From Phaeosaccion multiseriatum (lineage: Eukaryota > Protista > Ochrophyta, other classes): a stretch of DNA of 64,000 bases. A program made the translations under genes and the position numbers. The notes under the pieces are model-generated. The model had not been told where the DNA came from, ran no database searches, and worked only from the letters and a program-made list of their open reading frames with translations. Shown piece by piece: positions 63,447-64,000 of this stretch. Positions within the stretch are counted from its first letter, which is position 1, and every line of letters begins with the position of its first letter. The stretch spans positions 4,898,001 to 4,962,000 of the forward strand of contig OZ218950.1 of assembly GCA_965112735.1 (NCBI GenBank). Direction: 5' to 3'.

Positions 63447-64000
63447 TGGTGATACAGCAGCAGCAGGGGGCGACGAGAGTGCTCTCAACGCAGCTGCTCC
63501 ACCCCTGGGAACGCCAGCAGCGGACGCCGGACCTGGTGCTGCCACCTCCTTAGGAGTGGCGGACGGTACTGCGCCCGTACCGCAGGAGCAGCAGGGTCAA
63601 GGACAGGGTCAAGAACAGAGTCTTGGTGCTCTTGGTGCTCTTGGTGCTCTTGGTGCTGGGGCCATCCCGGCCGCTGGGGGAGAGCAGCAGGGCGGAGAAC
63701 AGCAGCAGGGGCTCTTGGCCACAGGGGAAGAGTTGGAGCAGCTGATCCGCACCAAGTTCGGGGACAAGTGCAACGCGCTGAAGGACTCCAACAAGCTTGT
63801 GCTGGGCTTCGTTTTGAAGGGCATCAACCCCAATCCCGCCAAGATTGAGTACAAGGTAAGGTGTGGGGCCGACCGCAAACCCTCTCGTGTATGGTTCTAG
63901 TGGGATTCTTGTCTGATATGACATGGTACACATTCATCATGTGGGTGTGTTGCTTGTCCCTTCCCCGGTGAATGTAACGGTCATGGCCCTCTCACGTAAC
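62703..64000 (+). pseudogene. Tandem duplicate of the NELF-A 3' half (copy of 58102-~59402), 5'-truncated, running off the window
   Basis: Near-identical sequence at an initial offset of 4601 bp, including intron sequence. The visible difference is one GCA unit fewer. Confidence 0.9.

Noticed and set aside
62494-63900. Independent 468-aa gene
   Set aside because: It is a chimera of antisense Crypton sequence and the duplicated NELF-A exon, with a TTG start.

Overview
This is intron-rich, GC-rich eukaryotic genomic DNA with GT-AG introns full of microsatellites. It is most likely from a photosynthetic stramenopile (ochrophyte); this is inferred from a signal-peptide-bearing algal-type protein and a stramenopile/fungal-type Crypton, and is not proven. 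Genes in order: a purine (IAG-type) nucleoside hydrolase, a Zn-ribbon hypothetical protein, a secreted Cys-rich 'CRFCGFG' protein, a conserved algal protein, a hypothetical gene, the inverted paralog of the Cys-rich protein, a 3.4-kb Copia-derived LTR element (identical LTRs, 5-bp TSD, no gag or integrase), a coiled-coil gene, an ABCG half-transporter, a 16.6-kb helicase-containing Dicer-like gene, a histidine acid phosphatase, and a NELF-A (Pol II pausing factor) homolog. These are followed by a 5'-truncated Crypton tyrosine-recombinase transposon that abuts a tandem duplicate of the 3' half of NELF-A. The most unusual signals are: (i) a 12-bp motif, TTGGTGATACAG, repeatedly embedded in CAG tracts of unrelated genes in both orientations and three reading frames; (ii) a PHD-like finger reachable from the Crypton recombinase only by a -1 shift at A-AAA-AAC; (iii) the Crypton/NELF-A duplication junction; (iv) a 330-bp foldback; and (v) paralogs with different intron positions but a homogenised middle segment. 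All exon boundaries were read by eye and no database searches were run.
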